Positions 39,837 through 50,211 of a stretch of DNA of 64,000 bases are shown piece by piece. The DNA is from Capnocytophaga sp. (GTDB lineage: Bacteria; Bacteroidota; Bacteroidia; Flavobacteriales; Flavobacteriaceae). The DNA is taken from the NCBI GenBank assembly GCA_030538675.1, contig JAUNTM010000002.1, forward strand, positions 4,824 to 68,823, given 5' to 3'. Each line of letters starts with the position of its first letter. Position 1 is the first letter of the stretch. The notes under the pieces are model-generated. The model saw nothing but the letters and a program-made list of their open reading frames with translations. It searched no databases and had not been told where the DNA came from. The translations under genes were made by a program, and so were the position numbers.

Positions 39837-42272
39837 TTATTCCTCTTGGCTAAGGCTCAACAGATTCACAAATAGCCGATATGCACCCGGTACACCCGCC
39901 GGTAATTCCCGAAAAAACGAAAGTCCTGTTTGCACATAATATCCTTTGCCATAATGGTTTACCAAAAGAATTCCTTTTGTTGCCCGTTCGCCTGTATCGT
40001 TCCCTTCGAGTAGCGGTGTATATTCTTTGCCCCAATCTTCGGCAAAATACAGTCCGCGTTCCTGCACCCAATTTTCAAAATCAGTTTGCGTAATGATGTT
40101 CGGAAAACGCAATGCTTTATGTTTTGGAGCGATGATTTTCAGCGGAGCATCCTCTTCAGCGATGCGTTTACGCCCGAGTTTGAGCGGTGTTGGGGCGATA
40201 TTGGGCGTGAGCAAATCGCTATTGGTGTTGTACTGCACGATGACCGTTCCGCCTTCATGCACATATTTCCACAAATCTGCGGTGTGAAAAGGCAAGATTT
40301 CATTTACATTAAATGCTCTGATACCCAACACAATAGCATCGTATTTGCGAAATTCCTCAAACGAATAATGTTCGTTCGGAATACGCTTTGCATCAATGCC
40401 AATTAAGCGAAGCGATGGCAAAACAGCATCGCCCGAACCATCGATATAGCCAACTCGTAGCGGCAGCGTTTTTATGTTAATTTTGACAGACGGAACGGTT
40501 GCTTCCCGTATCCAAATTTGTTTGTCGATATGCGGATAATTTACTACTTGCATCGACTTTGAAAAAACGCTTTTTTCGGTAGTTACAACCGCTTTTATAG
40601 TATCTTTTTCTTTTAAAAAAGAAGGATTGACTGTAAAGACAAATGCTTTTCGCTCGCCTTTTTTACGAAAATAAAAAGGTTGTTTTTCTGTTAAAAAAGC
40701 ATTGTTTGTTGAGATTAATTGTACATTTCCCTGAGCGTTATCCTCCCACGATTGTAGGTTCAAACGGATTTCTTTTTCGCTTTCGCGGAATACATAACTG
40801 CTTTCCGAAAAATCGGCAACAACGGCAGGCACGACATAAAAAGGCTGGTAGCGCTCGCCCACCGCCGGATTGACGGTTTTATTTTTTAAAAAAACGTCAT
40901 AAGTAATCGTGTGTCCGTTTACTTTCAGAGCAATGTGTTGGGACAACAGCGGAAGATTTTCGGACACACCTCTTTCATGAGGATTTCCTTGAGGATAAAA
41001 TTGCGCTACCGCAGGTGATTGCAACCAATACGGCACGGAATATACGTCGGAATTAATGACAAACGGCTGACGAATTTTCCGACTTTCGTTGGGGGCGATA
41101 CTCAATAACTGTCCGCCTCCAACCGTTACGTTTACGGTATTGGAACTGCGATTGGTCAATTCGAGAGTTGTCGCGACAGATTGTCCGTTTACGCCGTATT
41201 CTTCAGTCGTAACCCATTCGAAATAAAACCCTTGTATGTTGGCGATAAGATTTTCAATTTCTTTTATTTTTATGGAATTGGCGTTGTTTTTTCTTGCCAA
41301 ATCGTAAATTTCCAAGAGTAACGGCAGTGATTTTTCAGGCGAAAGAAAATCAAAATCATGGATTAATTTATCCATCAACGGATTAATTTCTTGTATATTC
41401 CATTGAAAATCAATACCTTCAAAAATATCGTTGTTTTTGGGTTTGCTTCCTTTGAGCCATTCGAACCATTCGGTTTGCGAACCTCTGTTGAGGGCAGCTC
41501 CAAATCCTTGGCAGGCGTGTTTGCTACGAGCCCGAAGTGCGATTTCGTTGTTTGAATTTCCCAAATGGGGATAATAGATGCCTGTATCGACCGGGAATTT
41601 CCCTGTTTTATCTACTTTATCAAAGGCTTCTTGGCTTCCGTAGAAAAACCAACTCATGTTGAAAAACATCCGTTTGGGTTGCCAGAGTGACACGTATTGA
41701 AGTTGTTCGGGAAAGGCATCGGGGTCGTTCGCCATATCAAAAGCCTTCATGGCGAGCAATGCCGATGTGGTGTGGTGTCCGTGGGTTTTCCCGTTGGAAT
41801 CGGGGTGAAACCGAGTGATGATGACTTGCGGTTGGTTCTTCCGTATCGCCCAAACCACATCAGAAAGCAGTGTTTGCTCGTCCCACATCCGTAGTGTTTC
41901 GTCGGTAGTTTTGGAATAACCGAAATCGACCGCTCGGGTAAACCATTGCCTGCCCTTGTCGGTTTTGCGTGCTTCGAGTAATTCTTGTGTACGGAGGAGT
42001 CCAAGTAATTCGCCTTTTTCCGTCCCGATAAGATTTTGTCCGCCATCGCCGCGTGTAAGCGATAGGTATACAGCATCCAAATGCTTAGCGTGAGCGAGCC
42101 ACGAGATGACTTGCGTATTCTCGTCGTCGGGGTGTGCGGCTAAGTACATAGCACTTCCGTAATTGCGAATCCGCAGCATATCGTCGTAGAGTTCGGCAGA
42201 TGATTTTGGATGCGATTGGCCGTATATAAGAGAAGTTGCCAAAAGGCAAACAAACCACAATGTCTTTCTCAT
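39837..42272 (-). CDS. PIG-L/LmbE family deacetylase (large secreted form)
   Basis: AHPDDE, TRGDGGQN, RTQEL, HGHH, C-terminal class I GATase-like region. Likely start MRKTLW at 42272. Confidence 0.9.
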   Translation of the reverse strand: MRKTLWFVCLLATSLIYGQSHPKSSAELYDDMLRIRNYGSAMYLAAHPDDENTQVISWLAHAKHLDAVYLSLTRGDGGQNLIGTEKGELLGLLRTQELLEARKTDKGRQWFTRAVDFGYSKTTDETLRMWDEQTLLSDVVWAIRKNQPQVIITRFHPDSNGKTHGHHTTSALLAMKAFDMANDPDAFPEQLQYVSLWQPKRMFFNMSWFFYGSQEAFDKVDKTGKFPVDTGIYYPHLGNSNNEIALRARSKHACQGFGAALNRGSQTEWFEWLKGSKPKNNDIFEGIDFQWNIQEINPLMDKLIHDFDFLSPEKSLPLLLEIYDLARKNNANSIKIKEIENLIANIQGFYFEWVTTEEYGVNGQSVATTLELTNRSSNTVNVTVGGGQLLSIAPNESRKIRQPFVINSDVYSVPYWLQSPAVAQFYPQGNPHERGVSENLPLLSQHIALKVNGHTITYDVFLKNKTVNPAVGERYQPFYVVPAVVADFSESSYVFRESEKEIRLNLQSWEDNAQGNVQLISTNNAFLTEKQPFYFRKKGERKAFVFTVNPSFLKEKDTIKAVVTTEKSVFSKSMQVVNYPHIDKQIWIREATVPSVKINIKTLPLRVGYIDGSGDAVLPSLRLIGIDAKRIPNEHYSFEEFRKYDAIVLGIRAFNVNEILPFHTADLWKYVHEGGTVIVQYNTNSDLLTPNIAPTPLKLGRKRIAEEDAPLKIIAPKHKALRFPNIITQTDFENWVQERGLYFAEDWGKEYTPLLEGNDTGERATKGILLVNHYGKGYYVQTGLSFFRELPAGVPGAYRLFVNLLSLSQEE

Positions 42273-42329
42273 AAGATGTAAAATCAGGTAAATAGACGGC
42301 GAAGATAGGAAATTTGCAGAAGATATATG

Positions 42330-42378
42330 AAAAACAAAAACCAAGAACATAGAATACATTCATCGTTCTTGGTTTTTT
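42330..42378 (-). terminator. Intrinsic terminator after the cox operon
   Basis: AAAAACCAAGAAC...GTTCTTGGTTTTT. Confidence 0.8.
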
Positions 42379-42424
42379 GCAGTAATCTTCGTTTAACGAT
42401 TAAACAAAATACTTGAGTATTGTT

Positions 42425-42808
42425 TTAAAAATTCCAAGTAACAAAACTGTTTTTAAGTGTTTCGTGGATATAGTTTCCTTCTGTCAAGAAAATAAAGAGC
42501 AGATACGGCACGTATACCAACAGCGGTAATACGATGACGTATTTGAGGCTTTTCATCTCGTCGCGCATGTGCATAAAATCCCACACGATGTAGTACGCTT
42601 TGACGATGGTGAGGATGATGAATATCCAATTCAGAAGCTTCATATAGAGGAACTTAGTTTCCAGGAATTCGGGACGGATAATTCCTAAAACAACTTCAAT
42701 AGCGGTTACGACCGAAAGTAAAATGAGTACGCCCCATATTTTTTGTTCATTGGATTTGAACTTGATTGCTCCTCTGAATATTTCCAATTTATGTTCTTTG
42801 TGTGCCAT
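42425..42808 (-). CDS. Cytochrome c oxidase subunit IV family protein
   Basis: LSVVTAIEV, LTIVKAYYIVWDFMHM. Likely start MAHKEH at 42808. Confidence 0.85.
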   Translation of the reverse strand: MAHKEHKLEIFRGAIKFKSNEQKIWGVLILLSVVTAIEVVLGIIRPEFLETKFLYMKLLNWIFIILTIVKAYYIVWDFMHMRDEMKSLKYVIVLPLLVYVPYLLFIFLTEGNYIHETLKNSFVTWNF

Positions 42809-42827
42809 GATTTCCGATTTTTTACGA

Positions 42828-43811
42828 TTATACCAAATAGAAGAAAGTGAATACAAATACCCAAACCAAATCAACGAAGTGCCAGTAAAGTCCTGTTTTC
42901 TCAACCATCTCGTAGCTTTTTCGTTTTTCATAAGTTCCGAGTAACACATTGAAGAAAATGATGGTGTTGATTAGGATTCCCGTGAATACGTGAAATCCGT
43001 GAAACCCTGTGATGAAGAAAAAGAAATTTCCAAAAAGGCGGTGTCCGTATTCGTTATGGATAAGATTTGCCCCTTGCACTACGTAGCGTACATTTTCCAT
43101 TTGTTTGATTGATTCGGCACGCGAGAGCACGGTTTTGTGTCCGTCGGCATTGAGCTTTTCGGTACGTACAAGCAGGTTGTCATTCGCTTTGAAAGAGGTT
43201 ATTACATCGGCGACTCGGTAGTCGGGCAATGGTTTTTCTTTCATAAACCAAACGCCTTGGCTTGCAGTCTGTTGTGTACGGTCGTTTTCTGAGGTTTTTA
43301 CAAAATCGGCGAGAGCGATTTGTCGGTTTGTTTTAGCATCGACAAACTGTAAGATGTTGCCTGCCTTGGTTTCTACGGCACCAAATTCGCCTTTGATGAA
43401 AGTCGCCCATTCCCAAGCCTGTGAGCCTAAGAAGACAAGTCCGCCAATGATAGTTAGTAGCATGTAGAGGGCTACTTTTTTCTGTTTCATTTGATGTCCG
43501 GCATCTACCGCCAATACCATCGTTACCGACGAAGCGATGAGGATAAAGGTCATAAAAGCGACAAAAATCATCGGTTGTGGTGCCCCATGGTAAAACGGAA
43601 TGTGGGTGAATACTTCATCGGCTATAGGCCATATGTCGATAAATTTGTAACGCATCAGCCCGTAAGCTGCCAAAAAACCCGAAAAGGTAAGGGCATCGGA
43701 CACGATGAAAAACCACATCATCATTTTGCCGTAGCTAACCCCGAAAGGCTGTGCATCGCCGCCGCCCCAGAGCGTTTGTTTTTTTTCAGAATTTGCAATT
43801 GCTGCTTCCAT
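42828..43811 (-). CDS. Cytochrome c oxidase subunit III
   Basis: KMMMWFFIVSD, FFFITGFHGFHV, GLYWHFVDLVW. Confidence 0.93.
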   Translation of the reverse strand: MEAAIANSEKKQTLWGGGDAQPFGVSYGKMMMWFFIVSDALTFSGFLAAYGLMRYKFIDIWPIADEVFTHIPFYHGAPQPMIFVAFMTFILIASSVTMVLAVDAGHQMKQKKVALYMLLTIIGGLVFLGSQAWEWATFIKGEFGAVETKAGNILQFVDAKTNRQIALADFVKTSENDRTQQTASQGVWFMKEKPLPDYRVADVITSFKANDNLLVRTEKLNADGHKTVLSRAESIKQMENVRYVVQGANLIHNEYGHRLFGNFFFFITGFHGFHVFTGILINTIIFFNVLLGTYEKRKSYEMVEKTGLYWHFVDLVWVFVFTFFYLV

Positions 43812-43853
43812 AGTGAGTGAATATCAGTTTTTAAAGTTAGTGTTTTTAGAAAG

Positions 43854-44447
43854 TTAGCGGTAAAAATAAAAAAATATTATTAAGTACAACCACAATAGGT
43901 CAAGAAAATTCCAAAAAGTAAGTCCGAGGTCTATACCGAGCATGTTTTCGGAGTTGTATTTTCGTTGGGCATGGCGGTAAAGTATGGACAGTATCACTAT
44001 CAAACCTGCTACCACGTGCATGATGTGTAAAAAAGCAATGACGTAAATATACGAAACGGTAATATTACTTTCGCTTCCTGTGAAATAGTACCCTTGTGCT
44101 ACGAAATCGGAAAAACCAAGAAATTGAAGTACGATAAATACGACTCCAAGAACAAAAACAGTCCAAAGTAATGCCGTAGCTGTACTGTGCTGCGATTGCC
44201 GGATACATTTTTTGGCATACCAAAAAAGCAGACTGCTCATAAGAAGCACCGCCGTACTGATATAAAAATACGTAGGAATTACCAAATCATACAACCAATC
44301 GGGGCGTCCGCTTCCGCTGACCACATAGGCGCTCGTGAGCCCGGCAAAGGTCATCGAAATACTGACGATACCAAACCAAAGCATCATTTGTTTGGCTCGT
44401 TTTTCTTTTTTTGTAAATGTCGTTATACTATCCATATCCGAATCCAT
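43854..44447 (-). CDS. Cytochrome c oxidase subunit III-like (second copy)
   Basis: MMLWFGIVSISMTFAGLTSAY, LHIMHV, FWNFLDLLW. Confidence 0.9.
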   Translation of the reverse strand: MDSDMDSITTFTKKEKRAKQMMLWFGIVSISMTFAGLTSAYVVSGSGRPDWLYDLVIPTYFYISTAVLLMSSLLFWYAKKCIRQSQHSTATALLWTVFVLGVVFIVLQFLGFSDFVAQGYYFTGSESNITVSYIYVIAFLHIMHVVAGLIVILSILYRHAQRKYNSENMLGIDLGLTFWNFLDLLWLYLIIFFYFYR

Positions 44448-45355
44448 TTGTCAGTTACATATACGATTTGTATGAGTGTAATGTATATGACGCTTGCAAA
44501 CATGAGTTTGCGTGCGGCTTGCTGCGTAAGTTGGTTGTACAATTGGAAAGCTTGCCATAGCATCATACAACCGAGTAAAGTAACTATCAGGGCGGCAAGC
44601 CGGGAAAGGTGTAAATCGCCTGTCCACCCAAAGGCAGGAAATACAGCCGCAAGCATCATCCATATCGTGTACATAATGATTTGTACAACGGTACTTTTAC
44701 TTTTTTTATCGGTAGGCAACAGCTTAAAGCCTGCCCGCTTATAATCATCATCTAACAGCCAGCCGATAGCCCAAAAATGAGGAAATTGCCAAAAAAATTG
44801 TATCATGAACAGCGTACCTGCTTCGATGCCGAAATTATTGGTTGCAGCGACCCAGCCGAGCATAAAAGGAATTGCCCCGGGGAAAGCTCCTACAAAAACC
44901 GATAGTGGCGTGCGGGTTTTCAAGGGTGTGTAAAATCCCACATAAAGCAATACCGATATCGCTGAAAACATGGCGGTTTTCATATTGACAATGGCAAGCA
45001 AAGAAAGTCCTGCTATGATGAACACACCGCCTATAAACAATGCGAGGGGAACAGAAATACGCCCTGTGGGAATAGGACGGTTTTTGGTGCGGTTCATCAG
45101 CGCGTCTAAGTCTTTTTCGATAATTTGATTGAATACGTTGGAGGCACCGACCATGAAGTATCCGCCGAAAGCCAGTAATAACAACACGTATAAAGAAACC
45201 GTATCAGCCCCAAGCAAATAACCTGCGACAGACGAAAACACGACACTCGCCGAGAGTCCCGCTTTGGTAATTTGTTTAAAATCCCGATAAGCCTCTGCAA
45301 ATGTAGTGGTATGTGATATAGTTGTAGACAATGTTTTTTTAGTTAGTGCCGACAA
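44423..45355 (-). CDS. cyoE: Heme O synthase (protoheme IX farnesyltransferase)
   Basis: NQIIEKDLDALMNRTKNRPIP, YTPLK, WQFPHF. Confidence 0.94.
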   Translation of the reverse strand: MSALTKKTLSTTISHTTTFAEAYRDFKQITKAGLSASVVFSSVAGYLLGADTVSLYVLLLLAFGGYFMVGASNVFNQIIEKDLDALMNRTKNRPIPTGRISVPLALFIGGVFIIAGLSLLAIVNMKTAMFSAISVLLYVGFYTPLKTRTPLSVFVGAFPGAIPFMLGWVAATNNFGIEAGTLFMIQFFWQFPHFWAIGWLLDDDYKRAGFKLLPTDKKSKSTVVQIIMYTIWMMLAAVFPAFGWTGDLHLSRLAALIVTLLGCMMLWQAFQLYNQLTQQAARKLMFASVIYITLIQIVYVTDKWIRIWIV

Positions 45356-45508
45356 ATATACAGCCTCAAACGGAATCTACAAAATGAAAGTGTATTTTTT
45401 GTGGAAGAAACAGCCGAAAATAGGAGGAATGAGCGCTATTTATACATTTCCATGAGGATTTATTGCTGAAAAAACCGTACAAAATTATATTTGTATTATT
45501 TTTGTGGT

Positions 45509-47320
45509 ATGGATACATCTATTGATATACAATTACAGACGTTGCCCGACTCGCCCGGTATTTACAAATATTTTGACAAAACGGACTCCATTATATATAT
45601 AGGTAAGGCGGTGAATCTCAAAAAAAGGGTTTCGTCGTATTTTACGAAAACGCATGATTCGGGGAAAACACGCATGCTTGTCAAAAAAATCGTCCGTATC
45701 GAGTACATCGTCGTGGAAACGGAAAGTGATGCGTTGTTACTCGAAAACAATCTCATCAAAAAATACCAACCCCGATACAATATTTTACTCAAAGACGATA
45801 AAAGCTACCCGTGGATTTGCGTCAAGAAAGAACCTTTTCCGAGAGTGTTTTTTACCCGCCGGGTTATCAAAGACGGCTCATTGTATTTCGGACCATATAC
45901 CAATAAGTTTATCGTGAGGACACTTCTGGAGCTCATTCGGGAACTCTATCCGTTACGGACCTGCAATTACGATTTGTCAGCACAAAACATCCAAAGCGGA
46001 AAGTACAAAGTCTGTTTGGAATATCACATAAAGAATTGCAAAGGGCCTTGTGAAGCCCTACAATCCGAAGCCGACTACATGGACGATATTGCTGAGATTA
46101 CACAAATTCTCAAAGGCAATTTCGGTGATTCCATCAAGCGTTTTCGCCAGCAAATGCAGCAATTGGCAACCGAATTGAGGTTTGAAGAAGCTCAGCAAAT
46201 CAAATCAAAACTCGAAGTGCTCGAAAACTACCAAGCCAAATCGACCATCGTAAGCACTCGTATTCACAATGTGGATGTATTTTCAATTGTTTCCGACGAA
46301 GAATACGGCTATGTCAATTTCTTACAAGTAGCTTACGGGGCTATCGTCCGAGCCCACACCATCGAAATCAAAAAGAAACTCGAGGAAACCGACCGCCAGC
46401 TCTTAGAATTGGCCATTTTGGATTTCCGTGAGCGTTTTCATTCCAATTCCAAAGAACTCATCGCTCCTTTTGAGGTAACATTGCCCGAAGCATTACAGCT
46501 GACGATTCCCAAGCAAGGGGACAAACATCAATTGCTTGAACTTTCGCTTCGCAATGCGAAATTATTCCGGCAAGAGCGGTTCAAACAAGAGAAAATCATT
46601 GACCCTGAACGACATACCAATCGTATTTTGTCGCAAATGCAACGCGATTTGCACCTGTCATCGCCTCCCGTACATATCGAATGTTTTGACAACTCAAACA
46701 TACAAGGCACAAATCCTGTGGCTGCTTGCGTCGTATTTAAAAATGCCAAACCGAGCAAGAAAGAATATCGGCATTTCAGCATCAAAACAGTAGAAGGCCC
46801 TAATGATTTTGCGTCTATGGAAGAAGTTGTATTTCGCCGCTACAAACGCCTGCTCGACGAAGCCCAGCCGTTGCCGCAACTCATCGTCATCGATGGTGGT
46901 AAAGGACAATTATCATCGGCACTCAAGGCGTTGGACGACTTGGATTTGCGAGGTAAAATAGCCATCATCGGCATCGCCAAACGGCTGGAAGAGATATTTT
47001 TCCCCGAAGATACTATTCCGTTGTATTTGGATAAAAAATCCGAAACGCTCAAAATAATCCAACAACTTCGCAATGAAGCCCACCGTTTCGGGATTACATT
47101 TCATCGCCAGAAACGAAGCAAAGCCTCTATCGTATCCGAACTTGACAACATCAGCGGGGTAGGCGAGAAAACCCGCGAGATGCTATTGAGGCATTTCAAA
47201 TCCGTAAAACGAATAAAAGAAGCCTCACGCAAAGAGCTGAACGAGCTTATCGGAAGCAGCCGTGCCGAAAAAATCTGGAGTTATTATCACAAAACAGCTG
47301 AAAATCAGCCTGAAGCGTAA
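45509..47320 (+). CDS. uvrC: Excinuclease ABC subunit C
   Basis: GIY-YIG domain, CFDNS, IDGGKGQ, HhH. Start MDTSID at 45509. Confidence 0.97.
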   Translation: MDTSIDIQLQTLPDSPGIYKYFDKTDSIIYIGKAVNLKKRVSSYFTKTHDSGKTRMLVKKIVRIEYIVVETESDALLLENNLIKKYQPRYNILLKDDKSYPWICVKKEPFPRVFFTRRVIKDGSLYFGPYTNKFIVRTLLELIRELYPLRTCNYDLSAQNIQSGKYKVCLEYHIKNCKGPCEALQSEADYMDDIAEITQILKGNFGDSIKRFRQQMQQLATELRFEEAQQIKSKLEVLENYQAKSTIVSTRIHNVDVFSIVSDEEYGYVNFLQVAYGAIVRAHTIEIKKKLEETDRQLLELAILDFRERFHSNSKELIAPFEVTLPEALQLTIPKQGDKHQLLELSLRNAKLFRQERFKQEKIIDPERHTNRILSQMQRDLHLSSPPVHIECFDNSNIQGTNPVAACVVFKNAKPSKKEYRHFSIKTVEGPNDFASMEEVVFRRYKRLLDEAQPLPQLIVIDGGKGQLSSALKALDDLDLRGKIAIIGIAKRLEEIFFPEDTIPLYLDKKSETLKIIQQLRNEAHRFGITFHRQKRSKASIVSELDNISGVGEKTREMLLRHFKSVKRIKEASRKELNELIGSSRAEKIWSYYHKTAENQPEA

Positions 47321-47451
47321 TTGGAAAACCTCAAAAAAACATGTCCTAACAACCCTAACAGCTATTTTCTAAAAACTTTTGTCCGGATGAATGCTTTTCC
47401 GAATAATAAAATTCCGTATCTTTGGGGTTATTATTTTTTAATAAAATCAAC

Positions 47452-48843
47452 ATGCAAAACGTACAAGACTATATTGAGAAAAACAAGCAGCGATTTGTCG
47501 ACGAACTCATAGAATTACTTCGTCTGCCGTCTATTAGCGCCGATTCGGCTCATTCTCAGGATGTTATCAATACTGCAGGGGCGGTCAAAGAAGCGCTTCT
47601 CAAAGCCGGTTGCGACACGGTAGAACTATGCGAAACTCCGGGTTATCCTATCGTTTATGGCGAAAAAATCATCAATCCCAAACTGCCCACCGTATTGGTT
47701 TATGGGCACTATGATGTACAGCCTGCCGACCCGCTTGAATTGTGGAACTCAGACCCTTTTGAACCCGTCGTCCGCACGACCGAGAAGCATCCGCAGGGAG
47801 CGATATTCGCACGGGGAGCTTGCGATGACAAAGGGCAAATGTATATGCACGTCAAAGCCCTCGAACTGATGACCCAAACAGGGCAACTGCCTTGTAATGT
47901 GAAATTTATGATTGAAGGTGAAGAAGAGATAGGGTCAGAAAGTTTGGCTTGGTTCGTAGCCCGAAATCATGAGAAGCTACGCAATGATGTCATCCTTATT
48001 TCCGACACGGGAATGATAGCCAACGACATTCCGTCTATCACAACAGGATTGCGAGGGCTCAGCTATGTAGAAGTGGAGGTAACAGGAGCAAACCGTGATT
48101 TGCATTCGGGGCTTTATGGCGGTGCGGTAGCCAATCCTATCAATGTGCTTTCCAAGATGATAGCTTCGTTACACGACGACAATCTCAGGGTAACTATCCC
48201 CGGATTTTACGATAAGGTAGAAGAACTTTCTGCCGGCGAGCGCCAACAAATGGCAAAAGCACCTTTTTCCCTCGAGGCGTATAAAGAAGCACTTGACATT
48301 GATGCAGTATATGGAGAAAACGGCTATTCGACCAACGAGCGCAATTCTATCCGCCCGACACTCGACGTGAATGGTATATGGGGCGGTTACACAGGCGAAG
48401 GAGCAAAAACAGTCATTCCGAGTAAGGCTTTCGCCAAAATTTCCATGCGGCTCGTGCCTAACCAAGATTGGGAAGAAATCACCGAATTGTTCAAAAAGCA
48501 CTTTGAAAGCATTGCCCCCGAAGGAGTCCGCGTAAGCGTAAAACCGCATCACGGAGGACAAGGTTACGTTACGCCTACCGACACGGTTGGCTACCAAGCG
48601 GCTGCCAAAGCATATACACAGACATTTGGCAAAGAGCCTATCCCGGTACGTTCGGGGGGAAGCATCCCGATCGTTGCGCTCTTCGAGAAAGAATTGGGAA
48701 GCAAGTCTATCATGATGGGATTTGGGCTGGATAGCGATGCGATACACTCGCCCAACGAACATTTCGGAATATTCAATTTCCTCAAAGGAATCGAAACAAT
48801 TCCGTATTTTTTTAAATATTTTACGCAGATGAATAAGGCATAA
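47452..48843 (+). CDS. M20 family dipeptidase
   Basis: YGHYDVQP, RGACDDKG, EGEEE, HSPNE. TATCTTTG at 47417-47424. Confidence 0.93.
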   Translation: MQNVQDYIEKNKQRFVDELIELLRLPSISADSAHSQDVINTAGAVKEALLKAGCDTVELCETPGYPIVYGEKIINPKLPTVLVYGHYDVQPADPLELWNSDPFEPVVRTTEKHPQGAIFARGACDDKGQMYMHVKALELMTQTGQLPCNVKFMIEGEEEIGSESLAWFVARNHEKLRNDVILISDTGMIANDIPSITTGLRGLSYVEVEVTGANRDLHSGLYGGAVANPINVLSKMIASLHDDNLRVTIPGFYDKVEELSAGERQQMAKAPFSLEAYKEALDIDAVYGENGYSTNERNSIRPTLDVNGIWGGYTGEGAKTVIPSKAFAKISMRLVPNQDWEEITELFKKHFESIAPEGVRVSVKPHHGGQGYVTPTDTVGYQAAAKAYTQTFGKEPIPVRSGGSIPIVALFEKELGSKSIMMGFGLDSDAIHSPNEHFGIFNFLKGIETIPYFFKYFTQMNKA

Positions 48844-48866
48844 ATACCATATAATATTGATTTTTC

Positions 48867-48903
48867 AAAAATCCCGAGAAGATTTACCGACTCGGGATTT
48901 TTT
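48867..48903 (+). terminator. Intrinsic terminator
   Basis: AAAAATCCCGAG...CTCGGGATTTTT. Confidence 0.85.
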
Positions 48904-49013
48904 GTAAAATCAGATGTTTTAAGAGAAAAACTAACCGAATAGTTTTTAGTATTAGAAGAAAAGTTTTATTTTTGGAAAATCATTTTTTCATTAAAAACAA
49001 AAGTTCCAAAATT

Positions 49014-49421
49014 ATGTTCAAAGAAAATAAAAAAGGTATGGCAGAGAACACCAGCGGAGGTAACGGGAGCAACCGTATTGTAGCGGAAACCAAATTCAAA
49101 GGCGAAGTGGTTTCAAAATCGGATTTTCGGATTGATGGCGAATTGGAAGGCGAAATACAAACCGCAGGACGCTTGGTTATCGGGCGAAATGGCGTCATCC
49201 GAGGAAAAGTCATTTGCGAAAATGCTGATGTAGAAGGGCGTGTCGAAGGTAATATACTCGTGAAAAATGTATTGACACTCAAATCAACCGCTTATATTGA
49301 AGGAGATGTAGAGGTAGGCAAACTTTCCATAGAACCCGGAGCGATATTCAATGTAGCTTGTAAAATGGGACAGGGCAAATCTTCGCCTAGCGTAAAAGCA
49401 GACGAAATAAAAACCAAATAA
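49014..49421 (+). CDS. Bactofilin (polymer-forming cytoskeletal protein)
   Basis: RIDG..EG, IG..G...G, IEG, IEPGAIF beta-helix repeats. TATTTTTG at 48967-48974. Confidence 0.9.
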   Translation: MFKENKKGMAENTSGGNGSNRIVAETKFKGEVVSKSDFRIDGELEGEIQTAGRLVIGRNGVIRGKVICENADVEGRVEGNILVKNVLTLKSTAYIEGDVEVGKLSIEPGAIFNVACKMGQGKSSPSVKADEIKTK

Positions 49422-49667
49422 ATGCCGCTAATGGCAGAAAAAAACAAACGCCCCATTGGCAATCTCAATACATGGATTAAATTTTCCAACATCGGATTGC
49501 AGATGGCGGCAGTCATTGCGTTTGCCGTTTGGGCAGGAACCCGGCTCGACGGAAAATTCCCGGATTGGCAACCGTTTTTTACGGTCACATGCTCGCTCTC
49601 GGGCGTTTTCGGGTCGCTGTATTGGGTAATTGTACAAGTCAAAAAAATGCAGGACAAGGAGCGATGA
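49422..49667 (+). CDS. AtpZ/AtpI family protein
   Basis: IGLQM...G..LD two-TM pattern upstream of atpB. Confidence 0.85.
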   Translation: MPLMAEKNKRPIGNLNTWIKFSNIGLQMAAVIAFAVWAGTRLDGKFPDWQPFFTVTCSLSGVFGSLYWVIVQVKKMQDKER

Positions 49668-50053
49668 AGACAGCGGCTTATTTTTTAATTCTGACTGTAG
49701 CGATTACCGTGATGATGTATTTCGTTGCTCAACAAATTGTTGATTCACAAGGAATTACATTATATCGCGGAGTCCGTTTGATATATGTCTTTCACGGTGT
49801 GCTATCGGTATTTGTGCTTGGATTTATTCTCACGGTATATTATATTGCACCAAAATATACAGGTTTTGCGTTTTTAGGAAGTTCCTTGTTCCGTTTGGTA
49901 GGTACGGTACTTTTCTTACTCCCTTTAGTGGGTGGAAAAGCAGAAAATCCTGAAGCAGAAATAATGTTTTTCATGCCTCCTTATTTTTTATTGACTGCCA
50001 TTGAGGCGTATTTTGCGGTTCGATTATTGCAAATTCAAAAAAACGATATGTAG
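49664..50053 (+). CDS. Four-TM hypothetical membrane protein of the atp leader region
   Basis: ATGA overlap with the AtpZ/AtpI gene. GFAFL and FFMPPY..L..E motifs. Confidence 0.75.
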   Translation: MKTAAYFLILTVAITVMMYFVAQQIVDSQGITLYRGVRLIYVFHGVLSVFVLGFILTVYYIAPKYTGFAFLGSSLFRLVGTVLFLLPLVGGKAENPEAEIMFFMPPYFLLTAIEAYFAVRLLQIQKNDM

Positions 50054-50211
50054 TACATATATATAGGTGTAAAAGCGAAAGAATTTTTCTAAAAAACAAC
50101 TTTAACATATTCAAATGAAAAAAAACCGGCGAAAAGTTCCAATAATTCATTTGAAAATGTAATTTTGCAAAAACATAAGTTACACACAATTTTTTTATTA
50201 TATAAATACAA

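Noticed and set aside
42085-42363. 92-aa minus-strand ORF between the cox4 and PIG-L genes
   Set aside because: Starts inside the terminator hairpin and overlaps the PIG-L start in another frame.
49014-50053. Bactofilin gene at the head of the atp operon
   Set aside because: As I recall, this is a conserved Flavobacteriaceae gene order rather than something specific to this window.
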